Virus record (IMG/VR): IMGVR_UViG_3300014954_000001
DNA: 61,502 nucleotides
Reading direction: 5' to 3' (one strand)
From: a virus
In this document: positions 7,416 through 17,027 of the stretch, piece by piece
Layout: the number at the start of each line of letters is the position of its first letter
Position numbering within the stretch: position 1 is the stretch's first letter
Program-made: the position numbers and the translations under genes
Notes under the pieces: model-generated
What the model was told of the DNA's origin: nothing
Databases searched by the model: none
The model's input: only the letters and a program-made list of their open reading frames with translations

Positions 7416-10400
7416 AAATATTACATACAGCGGACTGGCATCTTGGAACATTCCGAAGCCCAGTCAAGGATGGAGTAAATCTCCGAACAGAGGACACGAA
7501 AAGATGTCTGGATGAACTGATCAGAGTGGCAAATGAGGAAAAACCGGATTACTCGCTTGTATCTGGTGACATATTCCATGTTGGCCGCCTGTGGTCCGAC
7601 AGGTGCTGCGAGGAAATTATCACTGCAATTCATTATATCAGAGAGCTTGCGGCAGTATCAAAGCAGGTCGTTGTTATGAGAGGTACTCCAAACCATGACG
7701 GATCAGGACAGTTCAATGTCCTATCTGAAATGTTTGCAGATGTTCCGAATGTTCATGTGGTGATTACCCCACAGGTAATTTCATTTGATGATGTTGATAT
7801 TGCGGTACTCCCAGGATTTGACAGGGGAGTGTTCAGAGCTAATCATCCGGGATTGTCAAGTGATGAAGAAAATGTGGTGTTTACCAATGAATTATCAAAT
7901 ATTGTAACAGGGCTGAAAGCACAATGCTCTCCAGAAAAGAAAAGTATTCTGATGGCACATTACACAGTACCAGGATGCAATACCGAGAGCGGACAGACAA
8001 TGATGCTCACACAGTTTGAGCCAATCATTCCGCAGGAGGCTTTATTGGCGGCCAATTACAATCTGGTTGCTTTAGGACATATTCACAGACCACAGAAGAT
8101 AATGCACAGAGACTGGTATTATTCCGGTGCGATAAATGCCATGAACTTTAATGATGAGGGACAGCAGAGGGGCTTTTGGATTCACAACTGGCACGAGCTG
8201 GGAACGTGGCAGAGTATTTTCCATGAAACACCTATCAGAGAGTTTGCAACCATTGAACTCAATGATGATGATGTGACACAGATAAATATGCAGGCTATGG
8301 ATTTTGTTGCTACTGAGAAGTGGAGAGGACAGATCGATGGAAAGATTGTCCGTGTTCATTATAGCTGCACCGCAGAAAACAGCAAGGCTCTGAATAAGGC
8401 AACTTTGGAAAGAGAGCTTCTGGAAGACGGAGCATTTATGGTATGGGAAATTCTTCCGGACAAGATAGATGAATTCGCCAACAGAACACAGCTTGAAAAT
8501 GCCACGGATCCAGAAGCAAACCTTATTAAGTATCTTGAGGAAAAGCAGGTACCGCAGGAAAGAATACAGGAACTTGTATTAAAGGCAAGACCGATTATTG
8601 CTGAAGCCGAGGCAAGCATGACAGCGACAGCAAATAGCGGAACATTTGAACCTGTAGAAATTGCTGTTAAGAATTATCGTAACTACGAAGAGGAGACATT
8701 TAATTTCGAGGATATTACTTTCTGCACAATCAACGGTCAGAATGGAGCAGGAAAGAGCAGCTTGTTTATGGATGCGATTATCGACTGCCTTTATGAAGAA
8801 CCGAGAGAGGGTGTAATCAAGGATGATACAGGAAAGGCACCATGGCTTAGAAATGATGAAAGTGTCCGTTCTGGTTCGATTATGTTTACATTCCGTATCG
8901 GAGAGAAAAAGTATCGTGTTACACGAACCAGAGCCCGTTCCGGAAAAGGAACTTTGAATATCTCCCAGTTTGTTGAGAATGAATGGAAAGATTGTTCCAA
9001 GGAACGATACAACGATACACAGCAGGAAATATTGAACATCCTCGGAATGGACAGCTTTACATTCAAGTCATGCGCTCTGATTATGCAGGATCAGTACGGA
9101 TTATTTCTACAGGCAAAACCAGAGGAAAGAGTTGAAGTCCTTGGAACGCTTCTTGGACTTGGAGTGTATCAGCTAATGGAGAGAATCGCTTCCGACAAGG
9201 CGAAAGTGAATGGAGCCAAGAACAGGGATTTGAAGCAGGAAATCACAATTCATAATGTTACAATCGCTGAATTTGGCAAGCCGGACGAAGAACTGGAAGC
9301 ATGCAAGACGGAATTGGCAGAGCAGGAAGCCAGACTGCAGGCAAAGATTAATGAGAGAGACCAGAAGAAACTTATTCTGTCGAATCAGCAGGAAGCCGCA
9401 GAAAGGCGAAAGAAAGCTCTTGCAGCTGTTACAACATTACAGGCAAAAAAGACCATTGCAGAGCAGAATAGAGCTACACAGCAGGCAATAGCAGACAGCA
9501 GTTTAGCAACTCTCACTCAGAAGCCTGAAATAGAGGAAAAGATTGCTGAAAGAAATGATTTGTTGAAGCGGGAACTGGAACTTGCAGGACAGTCAGCACT
9601 CTACACCACAAAGAAACAGGAGGCTGAAAATCTTGCAAAGCAGGCTGAAAGTGAACAGAAGAACATTCTGGAGTTGCAGGCTGCTTTACAGAAGAAACAG
9701 GATGAAAAGAATGCAATGATACTGGATTCGGCCAATGATGGTGAGGTCAGGCAGAAAGCCGAAACATACACCAAAAAGAAAGCAGAGTTAGAGGATATGC
9801 AGGAAAAAGCTGTTGCATATCAGAAAGCAAAAACTGAATACTCTGCGGCAGTTTTCCATGAAAGCGAGACAAGGTCAAGCTTTGATAGGGAGAAGCAGAA
9901 AGCGGACGAGCAGAAGCAGTTTCTTGAAAAGAAAGTTGCAATATTGAATGAATCCGGATGTGTGGATATCGAGAAAGCACATTGTAAATTCTTGCAGGAT
10001 GCCATCGAAGCAAAGGAACAGCTGGAAGTGCATGAAGCATTGTATGTAGACATTGCCGCTCGCAGAGATTGCGAACTTGCAAAGAGCAGATATGCAATAG
10101 AGAACAAACAGGCTGAAATGGATGCGATAGGATATGATGCGGCAGCTTTAACAGTCCTGCAAAACGAATGTGCAACATTGCTTCCGTATGTGGCACAGCT
10201 CGAAAAAATCAACCAGAGGGAAAACAATCTCGCTTTGATTAAGGCGGCTTTGGAACATTTAAAGTCAAATATATCAGAAGCAGAAAACAGGCTTGCTGAG
10301 GTCAAATTAAAGGGCACACAGGCAGAAACAGAGCGTGATATATATGCCAAAGCGTTTGAAGAACATGTGCATGTGCTTAGTGCCATTACTGCTCTTGATC

Positions 10401-11257
10401 CGTGGGTAGAAAAGGAAAAAATGCTCCCAGTAGCAGAGGAAAGAAATGCAACAGCATTGAACAGGGTTCTGGAGTTGACAGCAGAAATTACCGGTATCGA
10501 TGATGAAATCTCAGAGAGACAGGCAGAGGCTGATAAAGAGATACTTGCTATGGCGGGAATGGAAGAGGCTCAGGCGATTGTGAACGGACTGGATACAGAA
10601 GTGAATGCCATTAACAGCATGGTAAAGGAAAAACAGATGCGAATTGGAGCTTTACAGCAGAAATCGGAACAGATTGCAAAGTTGAAGCAGGATATTGCAG
10701 CTTTACAGGACAAGCAGGTGGAATATGCCAAGGAGACAGCTGATTACGATACATTGAAAGTCGCATTTAGCCAGAGCGGTGTGCCACATCAGATTATCCG
10801 TTCTATTATTCCGCAGCTGACAGCTACAGCGAATACCATTCTTGGACAGATGACTGGCGGAAAAATGGGAGTGGAGTTCAGACTAGAGAGATTACAGAAA
10901 AATGGAAAAGAAAAGGTATCGCTTGATATTTACATTGAAGAATACGGAAAGTCGATACTTCCATACCTTTCAAAATCTGGAGGCGAGAAAGTTAAGTCTT
11001 CATTGTCTGTAATCCTTGCATTGGCAGAAATCAAATCGTCTTCGGCAGGAATACAGCTGGGAATGCTCTTTATTGATGAGCCGCCTTTCTTAGATGGGGA
11101 TGGAATACAGGCATATTGCGATGCACTGGAAACTATTCAGAGCAGATATAACAATATCAAAATAATGGCTATCACACACGATCCGACTATGAAAGCCAGA
11201 TTCCCACAGAATTTGGATGTAGTCAAAACGGAAAATGGTAGCAAGGTAATTTATTAA
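7412..11257 (+). CDS. Single-chain SbcD(Mre11)-SbcC(Rad50) nuclease/ATPase fusion
   Basis: N-terminal phosphoesterase motifs ADWHLG, SGDIFH, GTPNHD, MAHYTV, GHIHRP. Then Walker A NGQNGAGKSS, a ~600-aa coiled coil, signature SGGEKVKSSL, Walker B LFIDEP and ITHD. Confidence 0.85.
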   Translation: MKILHTADWHLGTFRSPVKDGVNLRTEDTKRCLDELIRVANEEKPDYSLVSGDIFHVGRLWSDRCCEEIITAIHYIRELAAVSKQVVVMRGTPNHDGSGQFNVLSEMFADVPNVHVVITPQVISFDDVDIAVLPGFDRGVFRANHPGLSSDEENVVFTNELSNIVTGLKAQCSPEKKSILMAHYTVPGCNTESGQTMMLTQFEPIIPQEALLAANYNLVALGHIHRPQKIMHRDWYYSGAINAMNFNDEGQQRGFWIHNWHELGTWQSIFHETPIREFATIELNDDDVTQINMQAMDFVATEKWRGQIDGKIVRVHYSCTAENSKALNKATLERELLEDGAFMVWEILPDKIDEFANRTQLENATDPEANLIKYLEEKQVPQERIQELVLKARPIIAEAEASMTATANSGTFEPVEIAVKNYRNYEEETFNFEDITFCTINGQNGAGKSSLFMDAIIDCLYEEPREGVIKDDTGKAPWLRNDESVRSGSIMFTFRIGEKKYRVTRTRARSGKGTLNISQFVENEWKDCSKERYNDTQQEILNILGMDSFTFKSCALIMQDQYGLFLQAKPEERVEVLGTLLGLGVYQLMERIASDKAKVNGAKNRDLKQEITIHNVTIAEFGKPDEELEACKTELAEQEARLQAKINERDQKKLILSNQQEAAERRKKALAAVTTLQAKKTIAEQNRATQQAIADSSLATLTQKPEIEEKIAERNDLLKRELELAGQSALYTTKKQEAENLAKQAESEQKNILELQAALQKKQDEKNAMILDSANDGEVRQKAETYTKKKAELEDMQEKAVAYQKAKTEYSAAVFHESETRSSFDREKQKADEQKQFLEKKVAILNESGCVDIEKAHCKFLQDAIEAKEQLEVHEALYVDIAARRDCELAKSRYAIENKQAEMDAIGYDAAALTVLQNECATLLPYVAQLEKINQRENNLALIKAALEHLKSNISEAENRLAEVKLKGTQAETERDIYAKAFEEHVHVLSAITALDPWVEKEKMLPVAEERNATALNRVLELTAEITGIDDEISERQAEADKEILAMAGMEEAQAIVNGLDTEVNAINSMVKEKQMRIGALQQKSEQIAKLKQDIAALQDKQVEYAKETADYDTLKVAFSQSGVPHQIIRSIIPQLTATANTILGQMTGGKMGVEFRLERLQKNGKEKVSLDIYIEEYGKSILPYLSKSGGEKVKSSLSVILALAEIKSSSAGIQLGMLFIDEPPFLDGDGIQAYCDALETIQSRYNNIKIMAITHDPTMKARFPQNLDVVKTENGSKVIY

Positions 11258-11306
11258 GACAGGAGCCGGAGGGAAAACCTCCGGTGTCCGAAAGGAGGAT
11301 GATCGA

Positions 11307-12092
11307 ATGCCAAACAGGATAATCAAGGAGAGCATCTGCAGGAGTGAAGAAATAGATTCTTTATCTTGGTTTGAGGAGGTTCTGTTCTATAGATTGATTG
11401 TAACCTGTGACGACTTCGGCAGATACGACGGAAGAGCAAAGATAATCAAGGGAAGCTGCTTTCCTCTGAAAGATATTACGGAAAAAGATATAGATAAGGC
11501 GCTTGGTAGGTTGTCGGCGGTGGGCTTGGTCAGAGTGTATGAAGCACAGGGAAGACCGTACCTACAATTGGTAACTTGGGCGGATCATCAGAGAATTCGT
11601 AATCAAAAGAGTAAGTATCCCGGATTTTCAGAGGATTGCGAATTGCTGACATTTGACAGCAAAGGACAGCAGATAAAAACATCAGACAACAAATGTGTCC
11701 GTAATCCAATCCAATCCGAATCCAAATCCGAATCGGAAACCAATACAAATATATGCTCCGAGCAGACAGTAGCTGCGGAGCCATCAGTAATAGGTATCAT
11801 GATGAATACTGGTGAAGAATACCCGATTACACAGAGTTATGTTCTTGAACTCGCAGAATTATATCCTGCTGTTGACATTATGCAGGAACTAAGGGCAATG
11901 AAAGGCTGGTGTGATGCTAATCCGAGAAAACGGAAAACAGCAGGAGGAATGAAACGATTTATCAACGCTTGGATTTCAAAGGTTCAGAACAGAGGTGGAA
12001 CACCTGGTTATACGCAATCTTACAATCAGACAGCCGGCGGCTCAAAGGTAGAGCAGTTTGCACAAGGAGCAAGGGAGTGGGCGAATGAATAA
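11307..12092 (+). CDS. Phage replisome organizer / DnaD-like replication initiator
   Basis: N-terminal SWFEEVLFYRLIVTCDDFGRYDGRAKIIKG...YLQLVTWADHQRIR. Internal low-complexity linker NPIQSESKSESE is encoded by the AATCC repeat. Confidence 0.75.
   Translation: MPNRIIKESICRSEEIDSLSWFEEVLFYRLIVTCDDFGRYDGRAKIIKGSCFPLKDITEKDIDKALGRLSAVGLVRVYEAQGRPYLQLVTWADHQRIRNQKSKYPGFSEDCELLTFDSKGQQIKTSDNKCVRNPIQSESKSESETNTNICSEQTVAAEPSVIGIMMNTGEEYPITQSYVLELAELYPAVDIMQELRAMKGWCDANPRKRKTAGGMKRFINAWISKVQNRGGTPGYTQSYNQTAGGSKVEQFAQGAREWANE
11649..11764 (+). repeat. Repeat copy inside rep gene with AATCC x5 plus AATCG array (11703-11736); candidate origin iterons
   Basis: Matches 3670-3766, with a ~22-nt insertion relative to that copy. 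Confidence 0.85.
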
Positions 12093-12747
12093 ACAGCAAT
12101 TTGCGACATTGGCAATCGGAATTAAATCCGCATATCCAGCTTCAAAAATACTCGAAGATAATGCCTCAATGGATTTTTGGTATATGACACTTAAAGATAT
12201 TCCGTATGAGATTGCTGAAAATGCTGTCATGGAGCATATTTGCACCAATATTTATCCGCCCAACATAGCTGAAATCAGAAAGCTATGTATGGAAAGATGT
12301 AAAACACCAATTCTGAGTTTTGACGAAGCATGGGGAGTTGTCCAAAAAGCAATGTCCGATTATGGGTGGTATCATCCGCAGGAGGCATTTGCAACCATGG
12401 ATGAGCTCACATTGGCTGTAGTTAAAAATCTTGGGTGGAGCAGGCTGTGCCAGAGCGAAAATCCAACTGCAGAAAGGGCAAACTTCCGTGAGGCTTATGA
12501 GAAAAAAGCCGCTGAAGCACAAAATACAAATGCACTTCCGGATTTCGTCGCTAAAAACAAAGTGCTGTTGCAAAAGCAGTATGTACCGGCGATTGAGAAG
12601 AAAGAGCCTGTAAGGATAGAACAGGAGAAAGAACCAGAACCTAAACCGCTCACAGAGGAACAGCGAGAAGAAAGGGCTCGCAAATTTGAAGAAATAAGGA
12701 GGAAGATTTTAGGTGGTGAAGCAGAGCGAAGCAATACAGGGAACTGA
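12085..12747 (+). CDS. G39P-like helicase loader/inhibitor family protein
   Basis: ATG at 12085 overlaps the rep stop. FATLAIGIKSAYPASKIL...FWYMTLKDIPYE...PPNIAEIRKLC. Confidence 0.55.
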   Translation: MNKQQFATLAIGIKSAYPASKILEDNASMDFWYMTLKDIPYEIAENAVMEHICTNIYPPNIAEIRKLCMERCKTPILSFDEAWGVVQKAMSDYGWYHPQEAFATMDELTLAVVKNLGWSRLCQSENPTAERANFREAYEKKAAEAQNTNALPDFVAKNKVLLQKQYVPAIEKKEPVRIEQEKEPEPKPLTEEQREERARKFEEIRRKILGGEAERSNTGN

Positions 12748-13546
12748 AAAAGAATTCTTAAATGAATTTCATAAACTCTGCTATTCACGAAGCTCTTGGC
12801 AGGTTTGGGCGGATTTGATGACAGCTATAGCGTGCTCAATAAGTAATGTGGCAGACAGAAGCCCGGAGCATTATGAGAGCAGAGAAAAAGAATATGCACA
12901 ATGCATAGAGAGACTTGGTTCTGTAGAGATTCCTGCAAAAATGCTTGCAATCATTGTTGAAGCCCTGGAAAGAAATCCGGAACAGGATTTCCTTGGAGAA
13001 ATGTATATGCAGCTAAATCTTGGAAATCACTGGAAAGGGCAGTTTTTTACACCCTACTGTGTGTGCAAGATGATGTCTGAGATAACCTGTGAGGATGTTG
13101 ACAGCCATATAGAAAAGCAAGGCTACTTATCCATTTGTGATCCGGCTTGTGGAGCAGGAGCAACATTGATAGCTGCCGCAAATACCATGAAAAAGTGTAA
13201 ACATAATTTTCAAAATCATGTGGTTTTTGTTGCACAGGACATAGACAGAATAACCGGGATGATGTGTTACATACAGCTTTCACTTTTGGGGTGTGCAGGA
13301 TATGTGTGTATAGCAAATACGATTACAAATCCTTTGACGGGGCATGTACTGTTCCCTAATGAAAAAGAGGGACAGGAACTCTGGTATATGCCAATGTTTC
13401 AAAATCAAATATGGACATGGAGAAGATTGTTCCAGTCAATGGGCGGTCTTGGTGGAACTGCAACCACCGAAAAAACAGTGGAAAAAGAGCACTTTTATAT
13501 GTTTTTCGATTTCGATAAAAAGGAGGAAGCCTATGGAAACAGGTAG
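12713..13546 (+). CDS. N6-DNA-methylase-like SAM-binding protein lacking the catalytic (D/N)PPY motif
   Basis: GTG start after aggagg. GQFFTPY and ICDPACGAGATL motifs are present. No NPPY/DPPY anywhere in the 277 aa. Confidence 0.6.
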   Translation: MVKQSEAIQGTEKEFLNEFHKLCYSRSSWQVWADLMTAIACSISNVADRSPEHYESREKEYAQCIERLGSVEIPAKMLAIIVEALERNPEQDFLGEMYMQLNLGNHWKGQFFTPYCVCKMMSEITCEDVDSHIEKQGYLSICDPACGAGATLIAAANTMKKCKHNFQNHVVFVAQDIDRITGMMCYIQLSLLGCAGYVCIANTITNPLTGHVLFPNEKEGQELWYMPMFQNQIWTWRRLFQSMGGLGGTATTEKTVEKEHFYMFFDFDKKEEAYGNR

Positions 13547-14480
13547 AAATGTAATGCACTACGCATTAGGAGATAATCAAGATTACGAACACGAATGGAG
13601 CAGAGCTGTTCTTGAGTATCTGGAAAACGGATATTCTTCGGAGGATAGCAAGAGCGAAGTTGAGGTAGGGAATACTACCTACAAGATATTAAAGAGAGAG
13701 AAAGTAACCGCATTCTATGACGCTGACGGTAACACATTGTTTGATATAGAGAACGACAGATTAAAAGAAGAATATGAGGCTATGGATTTTTCAGCATCCG
13801 AGCCGCAGTCGGAAATGGGAAAGGCTATTTCAAACATCGAACAGCAGGCATTTGAGCAGGCGGTTAATGATGATATAGATGCAGATGATACGATCCCGAT
13901 GGGAACAGCAAGTCTTAAAGAAATTGTAGAAGGAATCCCAGCACCTACACCAGAGGAAATTGAATCTGCGAAAGAAAATAATAACAGTTCTGTTTATATC
14001 GGAGTTGTTGGAGCAGTTACGAAGTTACAGGAGGAGTTGAAAAAAGCTAAGGATAAGTCATTTGCAGATCCAATAATCAAACATCTGATTGAAAGGTGCA
14101 GGGAATCTGAAAGTCTTGCTTCGGATGTATGCCAGGATCACAAGACTTGGGAGAAATGTTATAAGTACATTTATGAGCAGGCAAGGAAACAGGCAAAAGG
14201 AAGTAGTTGTGCAGTTCGTGATGATGTGGTTTATGAATGGGCTGAGGATTATTTCCATAAAGACGATAAGGCTGAGGAGGATAAAAAAGCTAAAGAAGCT
14301 GCGGAGAGAAAGAAAAAGCAGGATGAAAAGACTAAAACGGACAGTAAGAAAAAGGAAGTTTCCAAGCCAGCAGTAGAGCCGGAGAAAAAAACAGAGACAC
14401 CAAAGCCAGAGGCAAAACCTAAAAGGAATAATAAGGACATGGATGGCCAGCTTGATATGTTTTCTCTTTTAGGAATGTAG
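13533..14480 (+). CDS. PcfK-like (AcrIIA9-family-like) domain protein with acidic N-terminal half and Lys/Glu-rich tail
   Basis: AGGAGG, then ATG at 13533. IIKHLIERCRESESLASDVCQDHKTWEKCYKYIYEQARKQAKGSSCAVRDDVVYEWAEDYF. Confidence 0.55.
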   Translation: METGRNVMHYALGDNQDYEHEWSRAVLEYLENGYSSEDSKSEVEVGNTTYKILKREKVTAFYDADGNTLFDIENDRLKEEYEAMDFSASEPQSEMGKAISNIEQQAFEQAVNDDIDADDTIPMGTASLKEIVEGIPAPTPEEIESAKENNNSSVYIGVVGAVTKLQEELKKAKDKSFADPIIKHLIERCRESESLASDVCQDHKTWEKCYKYIYEQARKQAKGSSCAVRDDVVYEWAEDYFHKDDKAEEDKKAKEAAERKKKQDEKTKTDSKKKEVSKPAVEPEKKTETPKPEAKPKRNNKDMDGQLDMFSLLGM

Positions 14481-14492
14481 GAGGCGATATGG

Positions 14493-16574
14493 ATGAAAAA
14501 GAAAGATTTAAAAGACATACCGGTCTCAAAAGTAAATCTGGAAACAATACATGATATTGCTGTTGCGGGCAAGGGCAAACGAGGTGTGATTTCCACACAA
14601 AAGAAAAAAGTTGGTGCTGAGGAAACATTGATACTTAATGTATATCAGACCAGTGGAAGAAATAAGAGAGATATTTCGTTGATGTTTAGAGTGTTCTGCC
14701 AAAAGGAGAATTACATAACGCTTGAAGTGGAATGCGGCAAATGGAGAACGGGAGCCTTACTTAATCTGGTTTGCAGGGAATCGGGTTGGGCGGAATATTG
14801 GTGGAGCTATGAACAGCTTGAGTTCCTAACGGATATGGATGCAAAGAGAGCGGAGAGTACATTTAGAAAATGGCTAAAAACCAGAGATGAATGTGGTGTA
14901 CGACCTGCATTTGCACTGTTGGAACGCTATCAGGATAAAGTCAAAGCAATGAGGCTTGCAAAGAAACATAAGAAGGAAACAGATGTTATAGATCAGGAAA
15001 TGGAGCGATTCAAAGCTTTGCCAGATGATTACCAGACATTTGTTGAAGAAACGGTATTCAAGGATGAAAATTACATTTTTTACAATACCGACAGAAAGGA
15101 AGCCTATTGCACAAGCTGCAAGCATACTTTCATCTTGGAAAATAAGCATTTGAAGCATAAGACAATACCTGTTTGGAATAACCAAGACGAGGTCGAACAC
15201 AATCGAATCGTAAGGTGTCCGTACTGTAATAAATTCCTCCAAGCGAAAAGTGAGGGAATGAGCAGACAAAGTCTTGTATCGGTTGCATGGAGCGTGTTGG
15301 TTCAGCCAGATGGAGAAAACATTCTGACAAGATATTTTTGCCATGTAAAAGATTTCAGACTGGATTTTCATAATCCGAGAATAACCACAAGTGAAGGATA
15401 TCGAACAATACACAGAGATAGCGGTGTCACTGATTATATGTGGGCGAGATATAAGAACACTGATATGAGGTGGTGCTATTACAGGGATAGATACACAGGA
15501 TGGTACCCTCCGTCAGAATCAATATATCCAAGAAGTGTAGTTATGTATAACCAGGAACTTGCGGGCGATATAAAGGGGACCTGTATGCAATATAGTGTTC
15601 CAGATGTTTTTATCAATAAGATTGCCGACGATCCAAGATATTTTAACACACCATGGTTGATAGATAATTACTTCAACTCATACAGGAAATATCCATTTAT
15701 AGAACAGCTGTTAAAGGTTGGATTCTATAGAATGACCAGAGAGTTTTTGGATGATAACAGACAGAACGAAAATGTATTCAATAGCGGAAAGAGAAACATT
15801 ATGGAAACCCTTGGAATCGGGAAAACGCAGTACAACATGCTTCGAGAAGTTGGAGACCCCAGCATAAGGGACTTGGAGATTCTTAGATATAAGCCAGACT
15901 TAAAGAGGGATGAATTCCAAACATTAAGATACATCACAGACAATGGACGAGCGAATAATTACACAAATTACATTGACATGATGAAATACACCACTCTCCA
16001 TAAGGTCTGCCGCTACATATCGGATAAGAAAATAAAATATGATCATGATTACTTTGATTATATCGGATGGATTGAAAAGATGGGCTATGACATGACCAAC
16101 GAGTTTAATCTGTTCCCTAAAAACTTTGTGAATGTACACGATGAAATGTCAAAACAGTATGTGAAATTCAAGGACAAGCAGGCGAGAGAAGATGCCAAGA
16201 GATTTAATCAGACCTTGAAGAAACTGAGAAAAGAAACAAAGGATGTTGAAGCAATGAATCTCAACATAGAGGGACTGTTTATAAGGCTTCCGAATCGTTT
16301 AGAGGAACTGAAAAAAGAAGGAGAAGCATTACATCATTGTGTTGGCACCTATATGGAGAGAGTTAGAAAGGGAGAAACCATGATTTTCTTCATTCGGAGG
16401 AAAGAAGAGCCGGAGAAACCCTACTACACTTTGGAATGGCATGGGAAAGTAGTCCAGTGCAGAGGCTCTCATAATTGCGATATGACACCAGAAGTAAAAG
16501 CGTTTGTTCAGATATTTCAAGAAAAAATGACGGAATATGCGAGCGAACCCCAAAAGCATAGAAAGGCGGGATGA
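14493..16574 (+). CDS. PcfJ-like domain protein
   Basis: 693 aa. C-terminal LHHCVGTYMERVRKGETMIFFIRR...YYTLEW...VVQCRGSHN. Confidence 0.65.
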   Translation: MKKKDLKDIPVSKVNLETIHDIAVAGKGKRGVISTQKKKVGAEETLILNVYQTSGRNKRDISLMFRVFCQKENYITLEVECGKWRTGALLNLVCRESGWAEYWWSYEQLEFLTDMDAKRAESTFRKWLKTRDECGVRPAFALLERYQDKVKAMRLAKKHKKETDVIDQEMERFKALPDDYQTFVEETVFKDENYIFYNTDRKEAYCTSCKHTFILENKHLKHKTIPVWNNQDEVEHNRIVRCPYCNKFLQAKSEGMSRQSLVSVAWSVLVQPDGENILTRYFCHVKDFRLDFHNPRITTSEGYRTIHRDSGVTDYMWARYKNTDMRWCYYRDRYTGWYPPSESIYPRSVVMYNQELAGDIKGTCMQYSVPDVFINKIADDPRYFNTPWLIDNYFNSYRKYPFIEQLLKVGFYRMTREFLDDNRQNENVFNSGKRNIMETLGIGKTQYNMLREVGDPSIRDLEILRYKPDLKRDEFQTLRYITDNGRANNYTNYIDMMKYTTLHKVCRYISDKKIKYDHDYFDYIGWIEKMGYDMTNEFNLFPKNFVNVHDEMSKQYVKFKDKQAREDAKRFNQTLKKLRKETKDVEAMNLNIEGLFIRLPNRLEELKKEGEALHHCVGTYMERVRKGETMIFFIRRKEEPEKPYYTLEWHGKVVQCRGSHNCDMTPEVKAFVQIFQEKMTEYASEPQKHRKAG

Positions 16575-16780
16575 TAATGGCAGATAAGCAGAGATACAGA
16601 ATAAAAAATCTACTACAGAAGCTCAATGACGAGGATAGAAATTCACTTTGTTGCCTGTTGGTAAAGGCAGGATATGCAGTGAGAATTGGCAAAGAGCGAC
16701 CAGGAGGAAAAGGACAGACAATGTACTTCGTGGAGTATTGGGTGGAGGGAGATGATACAAATGCTGAAACAGGTAACTAG
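16571..16780 (+). CDS. Hypothetical small protein
   Basis: 69 aa. Start overlaps the upstream stop. Confidence 0.5.
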   Translation: MIMADKQRYRIKNLLQKLNDEDRNSLCCLLVKAGYAVRIGKERPGGKGQTMYFVEYWVEGDDTNAETGN

Positions 16781-17027
16781 CTTGATAATACCGAAGTTTA
16801 TTGCAAGGAAACCCAAAATCAAGCACGGAACATACAACAAGTATGGCTTTGTTATTACGCTTCATCAGTATTGTATCTGTCCTAGATGTAACCATATCCT
16901 CAATGCCGGTCCAGATTATCAGCCGGATTATTGTAGTAAGTGCGGACAGCATGTTAATTGTTCAGATGTTCCATGGGAAGAGGAAGTTCAGCTTGGATAT
17001 GTCAGAAAGGAGGAACACTGTGAATAA
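16752..17027 (+). CDS. Small zinc-ribbon protein
   Basis: CPRCNHIL...CSKCGQHVNC. The internal ATG at 16752 is preferred over 16686. Confidence 0.45.
   Translation: MIQMLKQVTSLIIPKFIARKPKIKHGTYNKYGFVITLHQYCICPRCNHILNAGPDYQPDYCSKCGQHVNCSDVPWEEEVQLGYVRKEEHCE

Noticed and set aside
9747-10386. Minus-strand ORFs of 149 and 188 aa inside the SbcC coiled-coil region
   Set aside because: They are antisense to a long ORF with clear motifs. The biased Glu/Lys/Ala/Gln coding of the coiled coil keeps the reverse frames open. No RBS or motifs are present.
11266-11284. GC-rich hairpin ccggagg-gaaaa-cctccgg between SbcCD and the rep gene (a similar one lies at 20075-20095 after dnaN)
   Set aside because: No U-tract follows, so neither is a convincing intrinsic terminator. 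They could stabilise RNA, but I cannot support any specific function.
13344-13532. Upstream in-frame extensions of several ORF-track entries (13344, 16801, 23922, 25493, 27710, 30124, 32392, 46942, 47835, 48409 and others)
   Set aside because: The extensions overlap the preceding gene or a terminator and lack an RBS. In each case an internal start with an AGGAGG-type RBS or ATGA coupling fits better.
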